Shown piece by piece: positions 32,138-41,090 of a stretch of DNA of 64,000 nt. Source of the stretch: Terriglobia bacterium. Its GTDB lineage: Bacteria; Acidobacteriota; Polarisedimenticolia; Polarisedimenticolales; JAIQFR01. Location: positions 10,503 to 74,502 of the forward strand of contig CAWBOP010000029.1 in assembly GCA_963790465.1 (NCBI GenBank), read 5' to 3'. Position 1 is the stretch's first letter. Every line of letters begins with the position of its first letter. The notes below the pieces were generated by a model. It did no database searches, had not been told where the DNA came from, and worked only from the letters and a program-made list of their open reading frames with translations. A program made the position numbers and the translations under genes.

Positions 32138-33568
32138 ATGCCAAGGACACGCTCGGCGAAGGAGGGACCGGTTCGGGTCGACTTCCGATTCCGCCGAGAG
32201 CTGGCCCGGAAGGTCGAGGGCAACCTGGCCAGCTTCTGCTACCAGTGTGGCGCATGCGTGGGGGACTGTCCCTCGACCACTTACGGCAGCGCGTTCAACC
32301 CCCGCGAGATCATGCTGAAAGTTCTCTACGGCTTGGGGGAGGAGCTGCTCGTCGAGGACTCGATCTTGTGGCAATGCTCCAACTGCTACAGCTGCCACGA
32401 GCGGTGTCCTCAGGGCGTCAAGCCGGTCGAGGTGATCGTTTCCCTCAAGAACATGCTTGCCGAGCGAGGACTGTACCCGGAGACGGTCAAAAAGGTCATC
32501 GACACCTTCGAGGCGACCGGCCGGACGACACCCTGGAGTCCCAGCGTCGATCGCCAGCGCGCAGCGTTCGGCCTGCCCCCCATGCGTCCGGTGCCGGTCG
32601 AGGAGATCCGGATGCTCCTCCAAGATCCCACGCCGGAAGCTGGGATCCTACGACCGGCCGCCCGAAACGACGGCGACGCGTTTCCCATCCATGGAGGCTC
32701 GAGGCGGTTCGCGTTCTTCCCGGGCTGCCTGATCCCGTCGAGGCACCCGTCGATGGAGTTCGCCATCCGCGAGACGCTCTCCCGGCTGAGCATCGAGATC
32801 GTGGAACTCGAGGGGGCGTCGTGCTGCCCGGATCCGATCTACTTCAAGTCGAAGGACAAGGTCTCGTGGCTCGCCGTGGCGGCCCGAAACCTGACGCTGG
32901 CCGAGGATCTGGGGCTCGATCTCTTCACCAACTGCTCCGGGTGCACCGCGACGCTGTCCGAGACGTATCACCTTCTCGACGACGACTCGCTGCGTGCCAG
33001 GGTCAATGGCCGCCTCAGGACGTGCGGCCGCGAATACTTGGGGACCAGCCGGGTCCGGCACGTCGTGACCCTCCTCCGGGACGTGGTCGGCTTCGACGCG
33101 GTTCGTGCATCGGTCGTGCGACCTCTCGAGGGCCTCAAGGTGGCGGTCCACTATGGCTGCCACCTGCTCAAGCCGAGCCGGATCATGCAGGTGGACGACC
33201 CCAACGATCCCGTCGTGCTGGAGAGGCTGGTCGCGGCACTGGGCGCTACGCCGGTCCGGCACCGCAATTGGTACCTCTGCTGCGGGAAGGCCTGCCAGTC
33301 GGAAGAGATTCCATCGAACATGATGCACGACCTGCTGAAAGCCGTGCAGGCCGAGCAGGCCGACCTCCTCTGCCTGATCTGTCCCACCTGCTTCGGCCAG
33401 TTCGACCACGGCCAGGCCAAGGTGTCGACTCGGTTCGGCGAGAACTTCAACACGCCGCCGGTGTACTTCTTTCAGCTCCTGGCGTTCGCGCAGGGCGTTC
33501 CCTACGACAAGCTCGGCTTCGAGCGACAGCGCTACAAGCCCGAGGTGCTGCGGCGTTTCGAGACCTGA
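32138..33568 (+). CDS. HdrC-HdrB fusion
   Basis: CYQCGACVGDCP, WQCSNCYSCHERCP; then FFPGC, SCCPDP, NCSGC, HYGCHLLKP, CCG, CPTCFGQFD. Confidence 0.9.
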   Translation: MPRTRSAKEGPVRVDFRFRRELARKVEGNLASFCYQCGACVGDCPSTTYGSAFNPREIMLKVLYGLGEELLVEDSILWQCSNCYSCHERCPQGVKPVEVIVSLKNMLAERGLYPETVKKVIDTFEATGRTTPWSPSVDRQRAAFGLPPMRPVPVEEIRMLLQDPTPEAGILRPAARNDGDAFPIHGGSRRFAFFPGCLIPSRHPSMEFAIRETLSRLSIEIVELEGASCCPDPIYFKSKDKVSWLAVAARNLTLAEDLGLDLFTNCSGCTATLSETYHLLDDDSLRARVNGRLRTCGREYLGTSRVRHVVTLLRDVVGFDAVRASVVRPLEGLKVAVHYGCHLLKPSRIMQVDDPNDPVVLERLVAALGATPVRHRNWYLCCGKACQSEEIPSNMMHDLLKAVQAEQADLLCLICPTCFGQFDHGQAKVSTRFGENFNTPPVYFFQLLAFAQGVPYDKLGFERQRYKPEVLRRFET

Positions 33569-33645
33569 CGGGAGCGATCGTCGGGGCAAACGCACACGCA
33601 GCTCCGATACCGGGTCCCCGGGGAATCCCGAGGCGTCGCGCCAGT

Positions 33646-34101
33646 TCAATCCAGGGGGGCCGGTCCCCCTTCCAGCGCGGTCAGGAACAACTCGTTCTCC
33701 CGTGTCTCGTGCCGGTGGAGCTCCGTGACGATCGATCGGACTTCGGCCGCGAGGGCCGTGACCGCACCGTCCGCGGCGGGCCTCGCCGCCAGCGACCCCA
33801 GGACCGCGTCCAGGCGGTCGAGATACCGACGATGGTCTCGCAGGAAGGTGACGCACTGCGCTGCTGCGTTGGGCCACGCGCGCTCGATGTCCTCGAAGAA
33901 TCCCGATCTCGTCTCCAAATCGAAGTGCGCTTCCAGGTCGGGCCTGAGGCTACCGATCCTCCGGGACAGGTCGTCGAGCCAAGCCCCGCGGGCCTCGGCC
34001 GAGGGGGTCGCCGCCGTCAGCCGTTCCAGTTCCGCGAGCTCCTTTCGAAGCTGCCTGTGCTCCTCCAGCACCTGTCGGGTCTCGTCGCCGTGGCTCGTCA
34101 T
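33646..34101 (-). CDS. Hemerythrin-like domain protein
   Basis: EEHRQL, HFDLE, DHRR, HRHETRENELF. Confidence 0.75.
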   Translation of the reverse strand: MTSHGDETRQVLEEHRQLRKELAELERLTAATPSAEARGAWLDDLSRRIGSLRPDLEAHFDLETRSGFFEDIERAWPNAAAQCVTFLRDHRRYLDRLDAVLGSLAARPAADGAVTALAAEVRSIVTELHRHETRENELFLTALEGGPAPLD

Positions 34102-34269
34102 GGTCGGGCTCCCGATGAAAACATGGCAGGCAGATTCGCGTGGCAAGGTTGGAATGCGCTTCTTCCGCCCGACGCTCCGGGCCTGACATCGCCCGCGGGT
34201 TTGCCCATCCCCCTCCCCCTGGTTTCCTACACGCTACGATACACCGCTTCGCGGCCGGCGGAGACCCCT

Positions 34270-37209
34270 TCAAAGTGCCACGAGCTCGTTCACCAGGGCA
34301 GCGGACTCCGCCATCCTGGCCTCGATGTCGGCGAACAGCTGGTGCGCCGCGTCGATGCCGTCGGGCGTGTACCCGAGAGTCCTCGCCGGCCCGTCCAGAC
34401 GGCTCCGCTCGATCTCGTCGGTGGCCGCAACGGCAACTCGATATGCCGAGCGGACCGAGACCAGGAAGTCGCTGATAGCCCCCAGGCTCTCGTACAGCGA
34501 AGCCCGTGAGGGGTCCCGCCTCGAGAGCTCGGGGAACACCTTGGCCTGCGACGAATCCCACACGCAGTGCCGCGCCTTCGCGATCGCCAGTGACAGGTCG
34601 ATCTCCCGCAGGCCGCCGGGCGTCTCTTTCAGATGGAGCATTCCCTTCGGGAGCGGATGGAACGCGCGCCGACGCTCGTCGATCTCCCGGGCGACCCTCG
34701 CCACGAACCGATCGGACCTCGCGAACACGAGAGGCCGCAGCGCTCTTGCTTCGAGCTGCTCCTCGATCCTCCGGCCGCCGACGACGATCCTCGAGCCCAG
34801 GACCTGGCAGCGATCCACGAAGACCTCGTCGTCGTCCTTCGAGAGCAACGCCACCAGTTCGTCGAACGTCGTGACGAAGCGGCGGAAGTGCTCCGCGAGA
34901 CGATACTGGGCGACGACCCCACGGCGGGCGATCTGGCGATTCATGAGCACGACCACCCGTTCGGCGAACTGCTGGTCCCCGGGATCGCTGGAGTCGATCA
35001 ATGCCAGAAGATCGTAGTCCTCGTCGTACGGCCGCCTCCGAGCGTTCCCTCCCGCGAGGAGAATTCCCAATCGCTCCCGTAGGGGAACCCACCCGCCCGC
35101 CTCGCGTGCCGCCTGGCGGAAGCAGAAGTCGAAGAGCCTGTCGAGGTAGGTCGCGGTGAGCTCGGAGAAACCCGCTCGCGCCTTGGCATCGGGCTCGCCG
35201 CGCAGGGTGCCCATCGCGATCCGCAGGAACTCGATGTCATAGAAATCTCCCAGCAGCCCTTTCTGTTCCTCCGCGTTCGGGTGCCGCTCGCTTGCCGCGA
35301 GCCGTCCGAGGGCGAGTGTCCTGAGGGTCGCATCGTCGGAGAGGGCGTCGACCGTGGCAGGATGACGCTCCGTCACCCGCGCGAGCACTCGAAGGATGTA
35401 GTGACTGCTCTGGCGGTGAACGCGGATCAGCGCCTGGAAGCTGTCCCTCGCCGCGGCGACCTCGGAATCCCCGATCGGCACGTCGCAGGCGGAGCCGAGC
35501 CGGTCGAGTCGCTCCGGCCCCAGCGTGAAGAGGAAGCGGTTCGCGAGAGCGGGGTACGAGCGAAACACCCGGGACAGCGCCCGGACGGTTTCTGGGAGCT
35601 GTGAGAGACGGGTCAGAAAGGCGTCGGAAATCTCTCCGGCGGGATCGGCCGGGCGTCCCACTCCGGAGCGTGTGGCCGCGAGGGTCAGGATTCTCAGAAA
35701 CGCGTAGGGAGCATCGCATCCCCAGTCCGCGTAAAGGAGGGCGAGGTCGCGGCGCTCGTGCTCGGACCGGCGGGCGAAGCTCCGTACGAATGCATCAAGC
35801 ATCGCCCCGTTGGGGGCGGAGAAGGCCTCGAGGAGGTCGTCATAGAACCGGACCCCCCAGAAGCCCCGCGCGGCGTCCACCAGCTTCTCCGCAAGCTCCG
35901 CCGCGAACTCCTCACGTGGAGCCGACGCCGCCCATCGCGAGAAGGGACCGTGTTCGGTGAGGTGGTGCGCGACCTCCTCCATCAGGACCGTCGCGACCGA
36001 GCGGGAGGCCTCCACCGCCTCGTGATAATGGACGAGGAGATGGCTGACCGCGTGAACCGGCCCCCAATCCCGGTAGCCGAGAGCAGCAGCGACGGCCGCG
36101 AGGTTCTCCACCGCTGCATCCCCCTCCACCGCCAGATCATCCTCCTGTGCTACCAGGAGTTGGACCGCGAGGCGGAAGGTCTCCAGGAAGATCCGCGCCT
36201 TTCTGAGGCGCGACAGCGGGCGCACGAGGTGGGGACGCCAGGAGATGAGCTCGTCGAACAGGTTCCCTTGCCGGGACGCGCCGATTCCCTCGATCGTGCT
36301 CAACGCGGTGACGAGGCCGAGGATCATGCGCAGGCCATCGTCCTTGGGGTTCACCCTGTCGCGGGGAAGCGGGCGCAGGAGGAGCGAGCGGGTCTCGCCG
36401 AGCAGGCCCCGCAGGTAGAGCTCGTGGCGTGAGTTGTCGCCTCGCGGCTCGAAGAAGTACTCCGCGGTGACCTCCTCCTGCAATTGCCGGAGAAGGTCGG
36501 GGTCCCCTGCGAGAAGCTCGGCGCGCAGGAGCTCCGTCACGACGACGCATCCGAGTTTCCCGGAGCGGAGCGCGCCTCGAAGCTCCCCGATGCCGACGCA
36601 GTAGCCGTCCGAGCCGACCTCTCCGGCGAGGTAGTTGTCGATGGGACTCGCGAACCGCAGGCACTGTGAGGCCAGTCGCCCCATGGCACGCTCCAGCTCC
36701 ACGCGATCGTCGCCTCCGACGTCGATCACCGCGACGTCGATGTCGTCCTGGTGCCCGCGCGTCCCGACGCTCAGCAACGCGAACCGCCCTGCTCCGGGCC
36801 TCATGACGGCTCTCAGGACGTGCCGGACGTACGTGGTGACCAGGAGCGAGAACTGCTCCTCGGCCCGGTTGACGAAGGCGTCATAGGATCGCAGCCGGTC
36901 CGGATCTTCCGCGAGATCGATGGCGAGCTGCTCGAGCGCTCGGGCGTTCTGGTGAAGGTATTGGACGCAGTAGTAGGTGCCGAGCAGGACCAGTTTCTCG
37001 TCCGGATCGCGGCCCGCGGCGGCGACGCGCTCGAAGTCCTCCGTCGGCGCGGGAGCGGTCCGATCAAGGTGGATGTTCGACAGCGTGCCCGCCGCCTCGA
37101 GGCGCGCCAACAGAAGCGGACCGTAACGTTCCACCGCCCGGAGATACTTGCGCGTCACGTTGCCCATCGGCCTGACGCGGCTGACGAGGCGTTGAAACGC
37201 GGGTTCCAT
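34270..37209 (-). CDS. Divergent GlnE-like tandem nucleotidyltransferase
   Basis: Two NT-like motifs (SVGTRGHQDDIDV, AGGNARRRPYDEDYDL) and HLKETPGGLREID; 979 aa. Confidence 0.6.
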   Translation of the reverse strand: MEPAFQRLVSRVRPMGNVTRKYLRAVERYGPLLLARLEAAGTLSNIHLDRTAPAPTEDFERVAAAGRDPDEKLVLLGTYYCVQYLHQNARALEQLAIDLAEDPDRLRSYDAFVNRAEEQFSLLVTTYVRHVLRAVMRPGAGRFALLSVGTRGHQDDIDVAVIDVGGDDRVELERAMGRLASQCLRFASPIDNYLAGEVGSDGYCVGIGELRGALRSGKLGCVVVTELLRAELLAGDPDLLRQLQEEVTAEYFFEPRGDNSRHELYLRGLLGETRSLLLRPLPRDRVNPKDDGLRMILGLVTALSTIEGIGASRQGNLFDELISWRPHLVRPLSRLRKARIFLETFRLAVQLLVAQEDDLAVEGDAAVENLAAVAAALGYRDWGPVHAVSHLLVHYHEAVEASRSVATVLMEEVAHHLTEHGPFSRWAASAPREEFAAELAEKLVDAARGFWGVRFYDDLLEAFSAPNGAMLDAFVRSFARRSEHERRDLALLYADWGCDAPYAFLRILTLAATRSGVGRPADPAGEISDAFLTRLSQLPETVRALSRVFRSYPALANRFLFTLGPERLDRLGSACDVPIGDSEVAAARDSFQALIRVHRQSSHYILRVLARVTERHPATVDALSDDATLRTLALGRLAASERHPNAEEQKGLLGDFYDIEFLRIAMGTLRGEPDAKARAGFSELTATYLDRLFDFCFRQAAREAGGWVPLRERLGILLAGGNARRRPYDEDYDLLALIDSSDPGDQQFAERVVVLMNRQIARRGVVAQYRLAEHFRRFVTTFDELVALLSKDDDEVFVDRCQVLGSRIVVGGRRIEEQLEARALRPLVFARSDRFVARVAREIDERRRAFHPLPKGMLHLKETPGGLREIDLSLAIAKARHCVWDSSQAKVFPELSRRDPSRASLYESLGAISDFLVSVRSAYRVAVAATDEIERSRLDGPARTLGYTPDGIDAAHQLFADIEARMAESAALVNELVAL

Positions 37210-37289
37210 GGGCCAGCAATCCTAACCGAAAGCCGCCATCGCGGGGCCGGCGGGAGAACCTGCAGGCGTCGGAACGACCTCGGGCGGGC

Positions 37290-37850
37290 TCACGGCGACG
37301 CGGCTTGATGGACCTCGCTTGCGAGGTCGAGCCCGAGGTGAAACGCCATGCGATTCAGATCCTCGGTGCCCTTCGGCACGCGAGCGAGGATCGCCTGCTC
37401 GGCGGCCTCCTCCGTCACCGCCTGCGAGAGGCGGACGATGAGGCCCAGCGCGACGATGTTGGCGACCACGGCCTTGCCGAGCCTCTCCCGGGCCAATCGC
37501 ACGAACGGGTAGCGGATCACCCGCCAGCTTCCCGCGGGGACCTGGGTCACGGAGTCGGAGTCCACGATCAGGACTCCTTCGGCCTTGAGCTCCGAGAGGT
37601 ACTTATTCAAGGCTTCCTGCGTCAGGGCGAGTAACAGGTCGATGTTCTCGGTCTTGGGGTAGTCGATCTCCCCGTCGGAGATGATCACGTCCGACTTGCT
37701 GGCGCCTCCTCGTGCCTCGGGGCCGTAGGACTGGCTCTGCGTGGCGTTGCGATCGTCGTAGATCGCGGCGGCCTCGGCGAGGATCTTCCCCGCCAGCACC
37801 AGTCCCTGGCCCCCTTCGCCGCTCAGCCGCAGCTCGTAGCGGAAACCCAT
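37290..37850 (-). CDS. korC: 2-oxoacid:ferredoxin oxidoreductase gamma subunit
   Basis: GEGGQG, SYGPEARGG, NIVALG. Confidence 0.92.
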   Translation of the reverse strand: MGFRYELRLSGEGGQGLVLAGKILAEAAAIYDDRNATQSQSYGPEARGGASKSDVIISDGEIDYPKTENIDLLLALTQEALNKYLSELKAEGVLIVDSDSVTQVPAGSWRVIRYPFVRLARERLGKAVVANIVALGLIVRLSQAVTEEAAEQAILARVPKGTEDLNRMAFHLGLDLASEVHQAASP

Positions 37851-37873
37851 GAGAACTTCTCCTTAGACCGCCG

Positions 37874-38704
37874 TCACGCGCGACCGGCGGGTGCCGGACC
37901 GCCGAGCTTCTTCACGAGCGCCGCGTACTGTTCGGTGTATTCCGGCTTGTTGACGTCCACGAACACCCCGGTCGCGATGGCGTTCTCGCGCTCCTCCTCG
38001 GGCAGTTCCTCGAGGCGTCCCTTGGAAACCGCGCGGTTCTTGAGATCGAGGACCATCCCCACCGGGTCCGCCGGCTTGTTGCGCCGGCCGTACGTGGTCG
38101 GGCAGGGGGTCATCACTTCGACCATCGAGAACCCCTTCTTGCGGATCGCCCGCTCGATCAGCTTGTCGAGAGCGAGCGGCTTCGCGACGGTCTCGCGGGC
38201 GACGAAGGACGCGCCCGCGCCGGTCGCGAGCGCCACGATGTCGAAGTTCGGCTCGAACGAGCCGAACGGCGCCGTGGACGCGCGCTTCCCCACGGGCGTG
38301 GCCGGGGACGCCTGCCCGCCGGTCATCCCGTAGATCCAGTTGTTGTAGAGCAGCACCGTGATGTCGATGTTCCGGCGCGCGGCATGGATGAAATGGTTGC
38401 CGCCGATCGCCGTGCCGTCGCCGTCCCCCGTCACGACGATGACCGTCATGTCGGGCCGGACCATCTTCACGCCGGTCGCGAACGTGATGGCGCGCCCGTG
38501 GGTCGTGTGCAAGGTGTTCACGTCGACGTATCCCGGGGTCCGGCTCGAGCAACCGATTCCCGAGACCATGCAGATCTCGTCGCGCGAAAGGCCCATCCGG
38601 TCCACCGCGCGCAGGATCGCCTTGAGGACGATCCCGTCGCCGCAGCCCGGGCACCAGATCAGCGGAAACTTGTCGAGACGGAGGTACTGATCGTAGTCGG
38701 TCAT
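37874..38704 (-). CDS. korB: 2-oxoacid:ferredoxin oxidoreductase beta subunit
   Basis: WCPGCG, SGIGCS, HGRA, GDGD, NNWIYGMTGGQ. Confidence 0.93.
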   Translation of the reverse strand: MTDYDQYLRLDKFPLIWCPGCGDGIVLKAILRAVDRMGLSRDEICMVSGIGCSSRTPGYVDVNTLHTTHGRAITFATGVKMVRPDMTVIVVTGDGDGTAIGGNHFIHAARRNIDITVLLYNNWIYGMTGGQASPATPVGKRASTAPFGSFEPNFDIVALATGAGASFVARETVAKPLALDKLIERAIRKKGFSMVEVMTPCPTTYGRRNKPADPVGMVLDLKNRAVSKGRLEELPEEERENAIATGVFVDVNKPEYTEQYAALVKKLGGPAPAGRA

Positions 38705-39870
38705 GGCTTCACGGAACGGCCGGAGGCCGCCTCCTCGATGAGTCCGAGAACCTGAGCCGGGCTGATCGGCAAGCCGTCCACGCGGCCGAACGAGATCACG
38801 GTGCACGCGCCCCGCACCGCCCACTCCACCTCGTGCGCCATCTGCCCGAGATTCATCTCCGGAACGACGATCGTTTTCACCCGCTGCCCGAGTTCTCGCA
38901 CCTCGGTGTCCGGGAACGGCCAGAGGGTGCGCGGCCGGAGCAACCCCACCCGGATCCCTTTCCCTCTCGCGTCGGACACCGCCTGGTGAGCCGCGCGGGA
39001 GACCGACCCGTAGGCGAACACCGCGATCTCGGCGTCGTCGCACCGCTCGCGAACCACCTCGACGATCGCGTCGCGGTGGCGGTCGATTTTCCAGCTGAGC
39101 CTTCGGTTCAGCAGGTCGATCTCTTTCGGATCGTTGGTGGGGAACCCGGTCTGATTGTGCGCGAGGCCGGTCACATGGAACCTGTACCCGCCGCGCCCGT
39201 ACGTCGCCATCGGCGGCACCCCGGACTCGGTGTGCCGGAAGGGGAGATACCGGTCGGGCGGCGCGTCCGGGCCGACGCGGTTCACGACCTCGACCCGATC
39301 CTGGAGCGTCACCTTCTCGTTGACGTGGCCGATGATCTCGTCGAGCAGGAGGATCACCGGGGTCCGGTACGCCTCCGACAGGTTGAAGGCCCGAACGGTC
39401 AGGTCGAACGTCTCCGCCACCGAGTTCGGGGCGAGGGCGATGATCGCGTGGTCGCCGTGGGTTCCCCACCGCGCCTGCATCACGTCCCCCTGCGCAGGCA
39501 TGGTGGGCAGGCCGGTGCTCGGCCCTCCGCGCTGCACGTTCACGATGACGCACGGGACCTCGGCCATGCAGGCGAAGCCGATATTCTCCTGCTTGAGGGA
39601 GAACCCTGGGCCGCTCGTGGCCGTCATGGCCTTCGCGCCCGCGAGGGCGGCGCCGATCACGGCGCCCATGGCGGCGATCTCGTCCTCCATCTGGATGAAC
39701 GCGCCGCCGCGCTCGGGCAGGAGGGTCACGAGCTCTTCGGCGATCTCGGAGGACGGAGTGATCGGGTAGCCCGCGAAGAACGTCAACCCGGCCGCCATCG
39801 CGCCCAGGGCGCACGCCTCGTTCCCGGACATCACCTGGACGCCGGAACGCGTCTCGCTTTTCGAACTCAT
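38701..39870 (-). CDS. korA: 2-oxoacid:ferredoxin oxidoreductase alpha subunit
   Basis: GNEA, GYPITPSSE, TSGPGFSLKQE, QRGGPSTG, PEMNLGQ. Confidence 0.93.
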   Translation of the reverse strand: MSSKSETRSGVQVMSGNEACALGAMAAGLTFFAGYPITPSSEIAEELVTLLPERGGAFIQMEDEIAAMGAVIGAALAGAKAMTATSGPGFSLKQENIGFACMAEVPCVIVNVQRGGPSTGLPTMPAQGDVMQARWGTHGDHAIIALAPNSVAETFDLTVRAFNLSEAYRTPVILLLDEIIGHVNEKVTLQDRVEVVNRVGPDAPPDRYLPFRHTESGVPPMATYGRGGYRFHVTGLAHNQTGFPTNDPKEIDLLNRRLSWKIDRHRDAIVEVVRERCDDAEIAVFAYGSVSRAAHQAVSDARGKGIRVGLLRPRTLWPFPDTEVRELGQRVKTIVVPEMNLGQMAHEVEWAVRGACTVISFGRVDGLPISPAQVLGLIEEAASGRSVKP

Positions 39871-40148
39871 CTCGACTCGCTTTCGGCCAAAGGCGGCCTC
39901 TCGTCGCTCTTCCTCACCTCGATGGCGAAGTCGGGGCAGATCGCCTCGCATTGAAGACAGCGGGTGCAGCGCTCGGCGTGGACGACCTGAGGAAGGAGGC
40001 CGTCCATCTTGAGCACGTCCCGATTGCAGTACTCGACGCAAAGGCCGCATCCCTTGCACCAGGAGACCTTCACGTCGATGACGGGATCGGCTTTTCCGCC
40101 GGGGGAGGGATTGTTCTCGACCCCGGGAACCGGCTCGGAACTCGGCAT
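39867..40148 (-). CDS. korD: 2-oxoacid:ferredoxin oxidoreductase delta subunit
   Basis: WCKGCGLCVEYC, CTRCLQCEAICPDFAI. Confidence 0.85.
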   Translation of the reverse strand: MPSSEPVPGVENNPSPGGKADPVIDVKVSWCKGCGLCVEYCNRDVLKMDGLLPQVVHAERCTRCLQCEAICPDFAIEVRKSDERPPLAESESR

Positions 40149-40363
40149 AATCGACCCTAGGGCAACGCGGCAAGTCGCTCCCGCTCCGTAGGCCTCGGCC
40201 CCCGGCACGAGCGCGCACCGCGCGCGGAGAAAACATGCCACGGAAACCGTGGAGAGTGCACGATAGCACGAACCCGATGACCGTCCCACGAGCGCATCGG
40301 TTCGCCGGTCGGTCGACGCGGGTACCCACGAGCGCCTCTTCGGAGTTGCGGACGGATCGAGCC

Positions 40364-40428
40364 TTGACAAGCCAGAGAGGCCGATACATATTGTCTACTG
40401 CATTGTTTAAATAGTTGAAATTGTTTAA
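40364..40428 (+). promoter_or_regulatory. Sigma70 promoter followed by three 9-bp tandem repeats
   Basis: TTGACA-17-CATATT; ATTGTTTAA/ATAGTTGAA/ATTGTTTAA at 40402-40428. Confidence 0.65.
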
Positions 40429-40438
40429 GGTAGAACGC

Positions 40439-41059
40439 ATGAATGACAAGTCGGTGTTCACGACGTTCGAGGCCGCGAAGCTCTGCCACGTTTCACCGCT
40501 CTCGATCATCAACTGGGTCAACGCGGGGCGCTTGCCGGCTTTCCGCACGCCGGGGGGCCATCGCCGGATTCGCAAGGAAGACCTCGCCCGTTTCATGCGG
40601 GACAGTGGGATTCCCGTCCCCGACACGCTGCGGGAAGGCTCCGGCCTGCACAAGGTCCTCGTCGTGGACGACGAGGCGAACATTCGCGACGTGATCGCGG
40701 AGCAACTGTCCGCGCGGTCCCCGGGGTACGAAGTCTTGACCGCCGCGGACGGTTTCGAGGCGGGGCGCCTCGTGGCGACGTTCCGGCCGGACGTCGTGCT
40801 GCTCGACCTCCGGATGCCGGGAATGGACGGGTTCCAGATCTGCCGCACGATCAAGGCCGACCCGGACTTCTCCAAGACCGCCGTGATCGCGATGACCGGC
40901 TACCACACGCCGGAAACCGAGGCGAGAATTCTCGAGTGCGGAGCGATTCGCTGCTTCGCGAAACCTGTCGAGCCTTCCGTCCTGGCCGCGTTCGTGGACT
41001 CGGTGCTCCAGCAAGGATCCGCGACACGACAGCGAAGGCGCAAGTCGGCTCGCGCCTGA
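40439..41059 (+). CDS. Xis/BldC-like HTH plus receiver domain regulator
   Basis: FTTFEAAKLCHVS...FRTPGGHRRI; VDDE, LLDLRMPGMDG, AKP. Confidence 0.9.
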   Translation: MNDKSVFTTFEAAKLCHVSPLSIINWVNAGRLPAFRTPGGHRRIRKEDLARFMRDSGIPVPDTLREGSGLHKVLVVDDEANIRDVIAEQLSARSPGYEVLTAADGFEAGRLVATFRPDVVLLDLRMPGMDGFQICRTIKADPDFSKTAVIAMTGYHTPETEARILECGAIRCFAKPVEPSVLAAFVDSVLQQGSATRQRRRKSARA

Positions 41060-41090
41060 TCGCGAGCCTGGGGCCGTCTCGCTTCATCGT

